From: an uncultured Nitrospiraceae bacterium
GTDB lineage: Bacteria > Nitrospirota > Nitrospiria > Nitrospirales > Nitrospiraceae
Reading direction: 5' to 3'
NCBI GenBank assembly: GCA_963706325.1
Contig: CAVPLT010000001.1
Coordinates: forward strand, 1 to 64,000
Length of the DNA stretch: 64,000 nucleotides
Each line of letters begins with the position of its first letter. Position 1 is the first letter of the stretch. Below are positions 1-10,044 of this stretch, one piece after another. A program made the position numbers and the translations under genes. Under the pieces are notes generated by a model. It saw only the letters and a program-made list of their open reading frames with translations. It ran no database searches and was not told where the DNA came from.

Positions 1-4
1 CGCG

Positions 5-592
5 TTGCTCGTCGTCGCCGCATCGACCGCATGCAGCTTTGCCGCCGATCCGCGCTATCCGGACTGGCCCTGCGTCCAGGCCAAGGTGCCGGAAATCTCG
101 CTGGCCGCGGTGTGGGCCGGTCCACCGCTCGACGACATCAAGGACAAATGGAAGGACGACGCCAAGGTCAGCGCGCTGGTGCCGAAGCTGGCCGCACGAC
201 GGACGACGCTGGAAGACGCCCAGCAGTTGATCACGGAATTCCTCGCGGGGCCCGCGGCCGACAAAGCCACGGCAGGCAAGCTGCTGTTCGCCGGCCTGTT
301 CGACAGCCTCAACGCGCAGCGGTCGTCGGTCCTGAACGGATTGGAACGGATCACCCGCAAACAGCGCGAGGCCGCGGACAAGATCCGGGCCGATGTATTC
401 GCATTGCAGGCCCTGCAAGGGACGTCCCCGCCGGATCAGCCAAAGATCGACGAACTCGGCAATCAGATGATCTGGCAAACTCGGATCTTTGAGGACCGGC
501 AGCGCGTGGTCAAGTTCGTCTGCGAGGTGCCCACCGCGATCGACCAGCGGCTGTTCGCGCTCGGCCGCATGATCCAGCAGGAAATTGAGTAG
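5..592 (+). CDS. Conserved secreted hypothetical protein of PQQ-dependent catabolism clusters (5' end probably outside window)
   Basis: Signal-peptide-like start, WPCVQ and CEVP..IDQRL motifs recalled from alphaproteobacterial PQQ-dehydrogenase loci; very GC-rich third positions; convergent with a CXXCW rhodanese. Confidence 0.7.
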   Translation: MLVVAASTACSFAADPRYPDWPCVQAKVPEISLAAVWAGPPLDDIKDKWKDDAKVSALVPKLAARRTTLEDAQQLITEFLAGPAADKATAGKLLFAGLFDSLNAQRSSVLNGLERITRKQREAADKIRADVFALQALQGTSPPDQPKIDELGNQMIWQTRIFEDRQRVVKFVCEVPTAIDQRLFALGRMIQQEIE

Positions 593-597
593 CGAAT

Positions 598-1101
598 TCA
601 GAGCCATGCGATCCTTCGGCATGGGGTTGTTTTCGCAATTTTTCGTCCAGGCCCGTTATCTGCCCCCTTCCTCATCTGTTCGGACTCCGGCTGCGATTCC
701 GCGACCGGCAAATTGGCGCGCTCCCAACCTTCGGTCCCGTCCGGGTACCAGGCCACATTGGGATAGCCGTAGGACAGGACGCGTTTCGCGGCGTTCCAGG
801 ACATCCAGCAATTTTCCTGACAGTAGATCACGAGCAGCGCGGCCTTGTTGCCGCCGGAAGCCCGCTCGAGCCCACGCTGCAGATAGGCCTCGGTGGCCTC
901 GGCGAGTTTGCCGTAACCCGTATCCGGCAACCAGATGCTGCCGGGAATATTGAGCCGCGGCTTGTCGCGCCAGAGCGTGCCGGCGGGAAGGTTTGGCGGC
1001 TTCGGCGCGCGCGGCAGCACGTCGATGAAAACACCCGTGCCTGCGCGCCAGATCGCTTCGGCCTCTGCGGTGCCGACGACGCGCGCACCGGCAAGCGTCG
1101 C
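598..1101 (-). CDS. C-terminal part of a PQQ-dependent catabolism-associated CXXCW-motif rhodanese-domain protein (N-terminus missing)
   Basis: IPGSIWLP and [17 protein letters not shown]...YPDGTEGW motifs; similarity begins abruptly at ATLAGARV. Confidence 0.8.
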   Translation of the reverse strand, partial: ATLAGARVVGTAEAEAIWRAGTGVFIDVLPRAPKPPNLPAGTLWRDKPRLNIPGSIWLPDTGYGKLAEATEAYLQRGLERASGGNKAALLVIYCQENCWMSWNAAKRVLSYGYPNVAWYPDGTEGWERANLPVAESQPESEQMRKGADNGPGRKIAKTTPCRRIAWL

Positions 1102-1341
1102 ATGTTGGCATACCGTGTGCCCACTCGTGTGAGCATGCCAGGGGCAACCAATGCGTCGAAGACAATCCCGCGCGCTTCGCGGGTGAAGCCCTAGCCGTTT
1201 GGTCAAAGCGACGGCATCAAGCGATTTTCTGGCGAGCTCTGTAAACAGGCCGAGTTCGACGGCGCTGAGCAAAGTTTTCGATCCCCAAAATCCCAGGCCC
1301 AACTGCAAAATCCCCTCAGGAGTTCGTGAACGAGAAGCCAT
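1102..1341 (-). pseudogene. N-terminal dimerisation-domain fragment of an O-methyltransferase (methyltransf_2 type), frameshifted and truncated
   Basis: [28 protein letters not shown]; removing one base near 1163 continues as [20 protein letters not shown], then the sequence switches to the rhodanese gene. Confidence 0.75.
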
Positions 1342-1530
1342 CCAGAGTCCTTTCCAAATAGGAGGAAAAATTCGACAAGAGGCTATGTCGGGCGGGTCCT
1401 CTTGTCAATAGATCACTTTTGCCGCCGTCATACCGTCGTTGCGATGATAGCTGCCTCTTTACCGGGGATTCGCCTAGTTACAGAACAGGGGCCATGCTGA
1501 CTTAATATCCCAATATACGGGTGACTGTGA

Positions 1531-2196
1531 GTGAGCACATGCACAAGGTGTTACAGGCTTATTTCTCATTGTGGTGTTGGAGGCTGCTCCACCACCTATG
1601 AGCCGCATCTCATTCTTCCTCCCACAGAATTCAATCGCTCTATTGACGCGGTCGTGGAAGTGCACCCCTTTGTTGCATCCGACGACCTGCTCTCCGGGCA
1701 CACGAGTTACGGCGTAGTCGCGGATGACTATGTCAACCAAACACCTTCCAAGCTCACTCAGGTCCTCACGGAGCAAGTGATTGCAGAGCTATCGGCGCAT
1801 CGCGTGTTCCGCAAGGTCACCACCTATGACCAGGACCCCGACCTCATTTTGACTGGCCGCATCGAACGGTTCTTCGAGCACGATCGTCGAAAGCTCTGGA
1901 CGCTCGTGCCCTATTATTCCGATAAGCTGGCCAATTTGTTCCGCGTGAATACGTATACCACCAGCGGAGAGATCCGTCTCGTGATGACATTGCTCAAGCC
2001 CAATGGTGAAGTTGTGGGATCGTACATAGGCCATTCTAAATTTAACGAAGACTACACCCCCACGAGTGACGTGCGTCCCGGCGACCGTCTCAATCGCGCG
2101 TTGGGACAGGCCCTCGCCCAAATCCGTGACGGAATGTTTTCGGACCAGGCCCTGCCAAAAACTCGTCAGCTTTCGCCGCCTCTTGCCAGTCAGTAG
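1531..2196 (+). CDS. Hypothetical lipoprotein-like protein (start region uncertain, possible indel)
   Basis: 221 aa ORF with GGCS lipobox-like end; the hydrophobic GLFLIVVL stretch lies in the neighbouring frame just upstream. Confidence 0.6.
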   Translation: MSTCTRCYRLISHCGVGGCSTTYEPHLILPPTEFNRSIDAVVEVHPFVASDDLLSGHTSYGVVADDYVNQTPSKLTQVLTEQVIAELSAHRVFRKVTTYDQDPDLILTGRIERFFEHDRRKLWTLVPYYSDKLANLFRVNTYTTSGEIRLVMTLLKPNGEVVGSYIGHSKFNEDYTPTSDVRPGDRLNRALGQALAQIRDGMFSDQALPKTRQLSPPLASQ

Positions 2197-2465
2197 ACAT
2201 CCAGGCAGATCTCAAGGATCGTCGAGAACGTCTGGCCAACAACAGGTGCCACCCTGATCAATTATTACTCCGACAGCGGGCCAGTGTCAGATTGAGAAGT
2301 GATCTTACGAGGGGCGGGCGAGGTTCGATTTCCTGCGAGCGCTCGAACAAAAAAGCTAACTACGAAGGACCGCGGTATGAGAGATCACAACCGGGAGTTT
2401 GCAGCTCTCTCCCGACATCCAGTATTCACCCAAATCGAAACACAGAACGGAGCCTGCGCAATGCA

Positions 2466-3116
2466 TCATGCGGGGAGTCCATTGATCGGCTTGCGTCTGA
2501 ATAGGGCAAAGGTGCAGGCCAGGGTGAGAAGAGATCCGACGAAGGCAGCCGCCATGTCTTTCTGCGCATCCCACTCATCCCCCTGAGTACCGAGATACAT
2601 ACTTCCTAATTCAGGGCTGACGATCATGGCGACGATTGCTTCGATCACTTCAAAAAATCCGCTTTGAGCCAGGATGCCGCTGGCCGGCAAATAGTATGAC
2701 CACAGACCCTTCACACCGGCGAGCCGTACGAGCAGTTCGCGAAACGGATACACCAACAACAGTCCGTAGGCGAAATGCGCAATTCGATCGAAGGGATTGC
2801 GACTCAAGTCCAGGGTCTCTTTCAGCCAATGCCCTACAGGCACTTCCGCATAGGTGTAGTGGGCGCCGATCGTGTGGAAGATCAGGAAGAGGCCGATGAG
2901 GCAATAGGAGGTCAAAGAGAACGCGAACCGTCGATGAGTGACAACCAGGACGGTCACGAACGCGACCGTCAGGAGATTCTCGAGGAACCAATCTCGGCGG
3001 TCTACTGGGTCAATGGCAAGCCATACCCAGAACACCACATACGAGACCAGCAGCCTCCTTAAGATCCGGAGGTCGTCCCCGCCTCCGTTGTTCTGAGCTC
3101 TTTCTCCTGCAACCAT
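2466..3116 (-). CDS. DUF2238 (YjdF-like) membrane protein
   Basis: W.LEN, HTIGAHYTYAEVP, RNPFDRIAHF and GTQGDEWDAQKDM motifs. Confidence 0.85.
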   Translation of the reverse strand: MVAGERAQNNGGGDDLRILRRLLVSYVVFWVWLAIDPVDRRDWFLENLLTVAFVTVLVVTHRRFAFSLTSYCLIGLFLIFHTIGAHYTYAEVPVGHWLKETLDLSRNPFDRIAHFAYGLLLVYPFRELLVRLAGVKGLWSYYLPASGILAQSGFFEVIEAIVAMIVSPELGSMYLGTQGDEWDAQKDMAAAFVGSLLTLACTFALFRRKPINGLPA

Positions 3117-3126
3117 AAGCTACAGA

Positions 3127-3765
3127 CTATTCAGAAAGGGCGGCTTCGGATTCCAGCATCGAGTCGGCGCCTCGCAGCGCGCGCACCACCAGGAGCAGCG
3201 TCATACAGATTAACGCGCCATACAAGGCGGCGGCCATATCTTTTTGAGCGTCCCACATATCTCCTTGCGAACCCAAATAGGCAATGCCCAGTTCAGGATG
3301 GACGGCGCGCGCGACCCACGATTCGATAATTTCCCACAGTCCACTCAACCCCAGCACAGTCATAACGGGGAGGTAATACAGTACCCAGCCCTCGACACGC
3401 GCGCTGATCCGAAACAGCTCTTCCATGGGATACGCCAATAAGAAGCCGAAACTGAAATGTACGATCCGGTCGAAGTGATTGCGTCCGAGATGCAGCGCCT
3501 GGTCCATCCACAAGCCCATCGGCACTTCAGCGTACGTATAATGAACGCCGATGGTGTGTAGCGTCAGGAAAGCGGTAATCAGCGCATACGAGACGTGGGA
3601 CAATGGAAGGAATCGATGCGTGACGACCAACAGGACCACGAAGACGGCCGGAAGAATACTCGCGATCAACCAAAATTGAGGATCGACAGGAGCTTGAGCC
3701 ATCCAGACCGACACCACCACGTACCACAACAGCAAACCGATCGAAGCAATCTTGTTGCGACCCAC
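3127..3765 (-). CDS. DUF2238 (YjdF-like) membrane protein, tandem paralog
   Basis: HTIGVHYTYAEVP, RNHFDRIVHF, GSQGDMWDAQKDM; AAGGAG RBS. Confidence 0.85.
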   Translation of the reverse strand: MGRNKIASIGLLLWYVVVSVWMAQAPVDPQFWLIASILPAVFVVLLVVTHRFLPLSHVSYALITAFLTLHTIGVHYTYAEVPMGLWMDQALHLGRNHFDRIVHFSFGFLLAYPMEELFRISARVEGWVLYYLPVMTVLGLSGLWEIIESWVARAVHPELGIAYLGSQGDMWDAQKDMAAALYGALICMTLLLVVRALRGADSMLESEAALSE

Positions 3766-3947
3766 CGTCAGTTCTCCTTGTGGATGGTGGCAAAGAAAGG
3801 AGCCCTCTGGCTAGAACGTCAGAAGGCCGACCATAATACTTTACTGGATGGCAGTCTCTCCTGCAACCGCCGCTCCAACTGGCCGCGACGCGCAACCCGT
3901 TCCAGGGTCGCTTACTTGTCCGCGGCTATGAGTAGAAAGAGAGCATG

Positions 3948-4985
3948 TCAGGGCCGGGCGGAACCACCATCACACACAGCGGCAACACTTGGCGAAGATC
4001 CTATTCCCTTGAATCCAGCCGAGTAAATCGTGGGTAACCTCGCAGCCTCCGAAAGACTGATAAACACGACGCCCTCATTTTTTGCGAGTTTGAGCAGCAT
4101 CTTCAGCTTATGCAAAAAGAGATGCTCGTCGGCTACGGTGCGAATAAATGGGCCGCACCCTGCCATGAGAGCAGATGAATGGAATACGAGATTCAGAACC
4201 TCATAGCCTTGCATCCTCATTCGCCGCACGAGTTGAATCATGCGAGCGGGAGTTTCCATTTCCGGAGACAGCCACACCTTTCGAAGCACGTGGAATTTTG
4301 AGAGAAGACCGCCGAGCTTGAGCCGGCGCAAGGAGCCCTTTCCAAGTCTTTGCGCTATTTTTTCGCAGGCTTGAAACTCGCCATGGAGATAGCCAATGGT
4401 GACCGGTATCTCTGCAAGAGCGTTTTTCCGGTGATGGTCAGCGGAAGACTCCTGCATAACCAGATAAGGCTGCGGGGAGACATAAGAAAAATCCGGGCCG
4501 CACTTGTGGGTCCACGACGTGTACGGTGTGACGGACGTATCGATACGATACCTGAGCCGCACGAGGTGCCGCGCTACTTCCGCATCGATTCCCCAACGTC
4601 CGCACCGGAACGCGATGGGACGTATGTCGAACGTATGCTGAATAGCTTCGTGCAAACAGTGCAACTTTTCGAACTGCAGGGTCGTCGGTAGGTTGCAGAG
4701 CATGCTGTTGTACCTATTCAGACATTCCTCATAGGGCGGAGTATTCCAAGGGTGGCAATGGGTTCCAATCTCACATCGACCGGCATCGACAATTTCACGC
4801 AAGATTCCGGCCGCATGCGGATCAGTCACAACCGGATAGGTGAGAAGATAGGTCGGGGTAACGGCAAATTCGTCGAACACGTTTTGCAGAGTGCGCAAGC
4901 GCCGTACATTGTGAACCGTCGCCTCGCGCGGCGCTAAGATTCCCCATTGATCTTCTTCTACGTCAACCGTGACAACCAGTTTCAC
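3948..4985 (-). CDS. Polysaccharide deacetylase family protein (CE4, WalW-like)
   Basis: TVDVEED, EIGTHCHPW, FRCGRWG, DTSVTP and VFHSS motifs. Confidence 0.8.
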   Translation of the reverse strand: MKLVVTVDVEEDQWGILAPREATVHNVRRLRTLQNVFDEFAVTPTYLLTYPVVTDPHAAGILREIVDAGRCEIGTHCHPWNTPPYEECLNRYNSMLCNLPTTLQFEKLHCLHEAIQHTFDIRPIAFRCGRWGIDAEVARHLVRLRYRIDTSVTPYTSWTHKCGPDFSYVSPQPYLVMQESSADHHRKNALAEIPVTIGYLHGEFQACEKIAQRLGKGSLRRLKLGGLLSKFHVLRKVWLSPEMETPARMIQLVRRMRMQGYEVLNLVFHSSALMAGCGPFIRTVADEHLFLHKLKMLLKLAKNEGVVFISLSEAARLPTIYSAGFKGIGSSPSVAAVCDGGSARP

Positions 4986-5028
4986 AAGCCCCCTTCACGA
5001 GGACACCTCGTTCCGAACGACTCTTCAA

Positions 5029-6153
5029 CTACCTGAGCAGCAGCTTGATTAACTGTGTGGCGCCTTCTAACAGCTTGAGCGCTGCCGCGCGAGCATGCCG
5101 ATTGTAATAGCGCACCGTCAGCAGCCTTCGACGGCTGGAGGACCACTCAAGTTTGTACGGTTGCGCGCCTTGTAAGAGATCGACCATCCGCGCCCCGTCA
5201 TGGATTGCCTGCTCAATGCGGTGGTGCAACAGCAGCGAGCCCGGGCTGGCCTTCGGAACGGCCATCGGATCGAATCCGGGCAGATAGAAGTAATAGACAC
5301 CATCATACACAAACCCATAGATCGCCGCGATCGGTTGTCCATCCAGACGTAACAGATCGATATTGACCCGGCCCCGATCGCACAGAACCTGGACCATCTC
5401 TTTGTGAAATCGCTCGGAGCGCGCATTTGCAAACACGCCTCCCGTCAAGGCAGTGCTCCATCTGCGTTGATGCAAGGTGATCAGCGATTCCAGGGCCTTG
5501 TCAACATCGGGAACACTGATGACGCTGGAGAATTCCACCCGTCCGGCCCTTTGGAGACGCTTCATTTTTCGTTGCAACGTATACCGCCTACTCCGTCCGA
5601 GGCCCGCTCGATAGGTCTCGATCTTTTTCGGCAGCTGAATCACTGGGCAACAGGTCGTGCCGAGTACCTCCCCCACTTTACCCGTCTCGTCACACAATTC
5701 GTTCCACAGGTCAAAAGTGGAGGACTCAGCAGGCAGGTCAGCAAACGTGAGAATATCCCATTCCCTCCGTGCCTCCTCAAACAAGTAATGGTACAGCGTC
5801 TGAAGCACCCCACGTTTGTGCGTCTCGTCCGCAATGACATCGAGATATGACGAACAGACGGTTTCGCTGCCCAGGAAACGCAATTCACGGTAAGAGATGA
5901 GCCCTTGTGCCCTTGTCGCACGGAGGTAGAGCGGTACGATGCCGACGAGACGTCCCTGGCCATTGAGCATCAAAAGGATTCTGAGCCGATTGTCCTGCAG
6001 AAAATGTTTCGCCCAGCAGTACAACCACTCCCATGTCAGAAACATGCCGTGCCCTGGCACAGTGCTCAGCAGCTGCTCCCAGGGCTCGGCCAACCCTTTG
6101 AATTCTTCCAGCGACGTCACGACACGACTGGCGAGTGGAGTTCGCTTCGTCAC
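5029..6153 (-). CDS. GNAT family N-acetyltransferase (CelD/BcsL-like)
   Basis: FLTWEW..W, SYLD, SPGSLL and DLLQG.QPYKLEW motifs; 4-nt overlap with the exosortase stop. Confidence 0.8.
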   Translation of the reverse strand: MTKRTPLASRVVTSLEEFKGLAEPWEQLLSTVPGHGMFLTWEWLYCWAKHFLQDNRLRILLMLNGQGRLVGIVPLYLRATRAQGLISYRELRFLGSETVCSSYLDVIADETHKRGVLQTLYHYLFEEARREWDILTFADLPAESSTFDLWNELCDETGKVGEVLGTTCCPVIQLPKKIETYRAGLGRSRRYTLQRKMKRLQRAGRVEFSSVISVPDVDKALESLITLHQRRWSTALTGGVFANARSERFHKEMVQVLCDRGRVNIDLLRLDGQPIAAIYGFVYDGVYYFYLPGFDPMAVPKASPGSLLLHHRIEQAIHDGARMVDLLQGAQPYKLEWSSSRRRLLTVRYYNRHARAAALKLLEGATQLIKLLLR

Positions 6154-7736
6154 GGCAAATACTCCTGCAAAAGTGGAAACAAGACGCCCGCAAAATCTTC
6201 TTCCGCTCTCCAGGCCTCTTCGCTTCCACCTGATCGGGGCTCTGCAAACACCAGCACGAGCGCCCCGTCAGTGCGTCCGTGCAACAAGGCTTGTTGTATC
6301 GTCGCCATTTTGGCTTCAGCACGGTCCGCATAGCTCGCCCCGTTGATGTGATACCAAAACAAAGCCGGCAGGGGAGGTCGACCCTCGTCAAAGACGGTGC
6401 GATTCGTCCGTACCGACCTTTCCCCGATCGACAAAGCCGTGACGGTGGCTTGGTCATGGAGCGGAGCCGTCTGCAAACCCACAAGCTCTTTCCCTTGGCG
6501 CTGCGTTTTCGTGTAGGCGACGTACAGGTGCATGCGCTGACCGTCGGCCCTTCGATAGGTCCGCACCAGTGACTCGTCAACCTCCTGTAAGCCGATAGGT
6601 GAGGTCTCACTGGGACTGTGGTCGACAATCCAATCGCCGATGACGGCAGGGAACGTCGCCAGTTCACGTTTAAGCACTCCCAGTCCTCGATCGACCGAGT
6701 ACAGAATCAGCGTCGCTGTGGCAAGGATTACGCATGCGACGCTCCACGCGCGGTTCCATGCTCGATGGGACAGGATGATGGGGTGAGATGCTGTCGGGTC
6801 GTGAGGCACGACCGGCACCGGAACCGTTCGCTCCAATCTGTTCAATAGCCAGGTCCCTACGAACAAAAACCCGAACGCGACCCAATCGACAAACAATCCC
6901 TGCAGAATGTGGTACGGCCCGTGAAGGCTCGTCCCTCCCGATTGAGCGTAAACTCCCATGACGGTCAGGCGAACCCAATTGGCCACGATCGCAATCATGA
7001 CCGACGACAACACCAAGGTGATCCGACTCCACCAAGTCCGCAGCGCGAGACTGGCCAGCGGTAGCCCGATGGCCAGAACAGCAATCAGCAATCCGGCCCC
7101 ACTACATTCCCGCGCCACTTCCAGCGTGACCGTGGGCAGGATGATGTACAGCCGGTTCTCCAAAAGTACAGGGATGCCGAGCGCTTGCAACATCGCCACG
7201 GACATGTTCGCGCTGAGGAGTTGAAACGGCCACTCCAAAGGCTGGGTCAGGACGTCGAGCACAGGCGTCATAAAAAGAAGATAGCCCAGCGGAAAAGCCA
7301 ACGCCCTCAGGTAGGCAAACCCGCAGAGGAGGAGGACGAGCCCTGCAAGGACTAGTATCAAGGCCAGGCTTCCGCTAGTGATAATGCCTGCGACTTCGCT
7401 TGCCAGCAACAACACTGTCGCTGTTACGAGCCATAGTGATCCCGCCCAAAGTGCAGGCGTAAGTGGTCTAACCCGCAGCGTAGGCCACTGAAGCCAAGCG
7501 AGATAGAGACTGATCAGAGGGACGAGAAATCCATGCGAAAAGCCGTACCGGTTCCACCACAAACTTACGAGGTCGCCCATAACGGGCGCACCGAGGAGGA
7601 AGAACAGCAGGCCGAGTCCGACAGCTTGCATCAGAACAGCATAATTGCGAGCCCGACGCCTCATCGCGCCGAGAAACAAGCGCCATGCGCTCGAGCCTGT
7701 TACCGGGTCCGAAGGGGTGGTCAGGGAGTTATCCAC
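6150..7736 (-). CDS. Exosortase (EpsH family) fused to a C-terminal EpsI-like domain
   Basis: SHGFLVP, VARECSG (catalytic Cys), NWVR (Arg) and H after multiple TM helices; C-terminal RTY/YVAY/QGKEL/FWY/RTDGALV region. Confidence 0.9.
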   Translation of the reverse strand: MDNSLTTPSDPVTGSSAWRLFLGAMRRRARNYAVLMQAVGLGLLFFLLGAPVMGDLVSLWWNRYGFSHGFLVPLISLYLAWLQWPTLRVRPLTPALWAGSLWLVTATVLLLASEVAGIITSGSLALILVLAGLVLLLCGFAYLRALAFPLGYLLFMTPVLDVLTQPLEWPFQLLSANMSVAMLQALGIPVLLENRLYIILPTVTLEVARECSGAGLLIAVLAIGLPLASLALRTWWSRITLVLSSVMIAIVANWVRLTVMGVYAQSGGTSLHGPYHILQGLFVDWVAFGFLFVGTWLLNRLERTVPVPVVPHDPTASHPIILSHRAWNRAWSVACVILATATLILYSVDRGLGVLKRELATFPAVIGDWIVDHSPSETSPIGLQEVDESLVRTYRRADGQRMHLYVAYTKTQRQGKELVGLQTAPLHDQATVTALSIGERSVRTNRTVFDEGRPPLPALFWYHINGASYADRAEAKMATIQQALLHGRTDGALVLVFAEPRSGGSEEAWRAEEDFAGVLFPLLQEYLP

Positions 7737-7777
7737 GCGCGAGCCTCTATGACGATCCGTCTCGAACGATACACGCG

Positions 7778-9964
7778 CTATTCTTCGATCTTATTCGCCG
7801 CCAACATCCGCGCCGCACGATCCGCATCGGGAAAAGGACCTGGGAGCGAGAGCGCGGCCTTCAGCTCGGACAGCGCTTCCTCCTGCTTTCCTATCCGGGC
7901 AAGCGCCACTGCATAGTGATAGCGGACCACCGGATGCTGAGGGAGCGCCGCGGAAGCTTCTGCCAGAAAGGGGTAGGCCTTGTCGAACCGACCCTGCTTG
8001 TAATAGATCCATCCGACGGTGTCTTTGATCGCGGGATTCGAGGGAGCCAAGTTCAAGGCGTCTGTCGCGTACCCCAGCGCATCGTCCAGTTCCCGTCGTT
8101 CGCTGAGGCTGGCCGCAAGATTATTGGCCGCGACGACATTCTTCGGGTTCAACTGAAACGCCCGGCGGTAATGCGCGTCAGCGGCCTCCGACTTTCCCTG
8201 CCCGGCCAACAGTGTGCCCAACGCCGTATGGACCCCGGAGTGTGTCTCTTCCTTGTCGAGAGCGGTCTGGAACGAAGATTGTGCCGCAGACAGCTTGTTC
8301 TCCAACACATACAACTGCCCAAGCTCATAATGCGCCCGTGCAAGATTCGGCGCGAGGGCAAGGGCTTTACGGAACGCCTTCTCCGCTTGTTCCGTCCTGT
8401 GTTGCGCGACATACAGTCGGCCCGCAAGTCTCCACAGATTCGGATCGCGCGGGCCTTTGTTCAGATACTCGCCGATCACGCGATCCGCCTGTTGGGCCTG
8501 CTTCGATTCCACGAGCGCCACCAGGTAGTCATAGAGAATAACCAGATCATCCGGCGCACGAGCGAGAGCCTGCGAGAACAGTTTCGCGACCTCAGCCGGC
8601 TGCCCCTGCATCTTCCGAAGAGCGGCCATCCTCACATAGCCGAGCGGATTATCAGGAAGCTGCCGGATGATAGCGCGATAGGCATCCTCGGCCTTGGCCC
8701 AGTTCCTTCCAAGGATCAAGGCGTCGCCGTAGACGACTGCGGCTTCAAGGCTGGAGGGGTTCAACTGCAAGGCCCGCCAGGCCTCCCGTTCCCCTTCAGC
8801 CGGCTTGTCTTGAGCGAGAAACAACCGTGCCAACGCGAGGTGTGCAGGCTGATTAGCGGAATCCAGCCTCGTCGCCTCCCGGAGTGCGTCTTGCGCTGGC
8901 CCAACACGGCCCTGCGCCAAACGGACCAACCCCAGATGGAGATGGGCCCCGGTCATGGTCGGCGCCCGTCTAATGGCTTCTTCGAACAGACTCGCCGCTT
9001 CGAGCAGATTACTTTCCGCAAGGGCGATCCGTCCCTTGAGATAGAGCCCTACGGGGTCATGCTCATCGGCCTCAAGGATGGCGGCCACGAGGGGTTTGAC
9101 CTCTGCCGCCTGACCAGCCATCAACTTTAACTCGGCAACGGCTTTCCGCGCCTTGGAAGAATTCGTTCCGGCGATGAGAACCGCGAGCTCGCCCTCAGCC
9201 TCCCTCTGCCGACCCAGCGCGACATAGTGCTCGGCAAGCGCGAGGCGGATACGCTCCTGATCCGGGCTCAGTTCGACCGCCCTTTGAAACTGCGCCCGCC
9301 CTTCTTCAGGCATTCCCGCTGCAAACAGGAAATGCCCGAGCGCGACGCGCACCTCTATGGAATTCGGATCAGTCTTGAGGGCCCGCTCGTACCACTCCCT
9401 CGCATGTTTCTGATCTTGTTGAGCAAAGTAGATATGCCCGACGGCGAGAAGCGGGCGGACCATCGTTGGATCGAGTTCGGCCGCATGCTTCAGCAGCCCA
9501 ATGGCCTCGGCGACCCTGCCTGCGCCAAGAGCGACGCCGGCACGGACAAGGTGACCACCGGGGTGCCGGGGATTGGCCGTCACCAGTTCCTCCGCCATCT
9601 TGCCGGCCTCCTCCGTTTGTCCGGCAGCCAGATAGAGATCGCCGAGCGACCATTTCGCATCAAAATGAGATGGATCGAGCTGCCTTACACGCGTGAGAGC
9701 AAGATAGGCAGTGGCCCCATCACCAGTCTGTAACGCCGCTTTGGCAAGCTTCCATTGAAGGGCAGGATTATCCGGAGTCGCTTGGGCCGCCGTCTTAAAT
9801 TCGATCACCGCCTCGCGAAACTTTTCCTGCTGAACGTAGCCGTCGCCTCGACTCTCGTGCTTGGCCGCTCTATTTGTGGGCGCTTCGGAACAGGCCAGGA
9901 CCACCACGGCAATCGGCAGAATGCAGCAGAACGCTATCCGCCTTCTTGCCACCCAAGCCATCAA
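7778..9964 (-). CDS. TPR-repeat lipoprotein (PrsT-like, PEP-CTERM system associated)
   Basis: Lipobox VLAC, many TPR repeats, NNLA...DTVGWIYY C-terminal pattern; directly upstream of the exosortase. Confidence 0.85.
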   Translation of the reverse strand: MMAWVARRRIAFCCILPIAVVVLACSEAPTNRAAKHESRGDGYVQQEKFREAVIEFKTAAQATPDNPALQWKLAKAALQTGDGATAYLALTRVRQLDPSHFDAKWSLGDLYLAAGQTEEAGKMAEELVTANPRHPGGHLVRAGVALGAGRVAEAIGLLKHAAELDPTMVRPLLAVGHIYFAQQDQKHAREWYERALKTDPNSIEVRVALGHFLFAAGMPEEGRAQFQRAVELSPDQERIRLALAEHYVALGRQREAEGELAVLIAGTNSSKARKAVAELKLMAGQAAEVKPLVAAILEADEHDPVGLYLKGRIALAESNLLEAASLFEEAIRRAPTMTGAHLHLGLVRLAQGRVGPAQDALREATRLDSANQPAHLALARLFLAQDKPAEGEREAWRALQLNPSSLEAAVVYGDALILGRNWAKAEDAYRAIIRQLPDNPLGYVRMAALRKMQGQPAEVAKLFSQALARAPDDLVILYDYLVALVESKQAQQADRVIGEYLNKGPRDPNLWRLAGRLYVAQHRTEQAEKAFRKALALAPNLARAHYELGQLYVLENKLSAAQSSFQTALDKEETHSGVHTALGTLLAGQGKSEAADAHYRRAFQLNPKNVVAANNLAASLSERRELDDALGYATDALNLAPSNPAIKDTVGWIYYKQGRFDKAYPFLAEASAALPQHPVVRYHYAVALARIGKQEEALSELKAALSLPGPFPDADRAARMLAANKIEE

Positions 9965-10044
9965 TTCACGCCTTTCCCGCAGGCCTCACTCCACAGCCTG
10001 GGCAGAAAAGATGATCGTGTCCGCCGTCATCCAACCGGGTAAGA

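Noticed and set aside
598..1341. 247-aa methyltransferase-rhodanese fusion as a novel protein
   Set aside because: The frame is continuous only because of a +1 indel; both parts are truncated and differ in composition
7685..9130. 481-aa plus-strand ORF
   Set aside because: Antisense shadow of the TPR gene with no motifs; typical of GC-rich coding DNA
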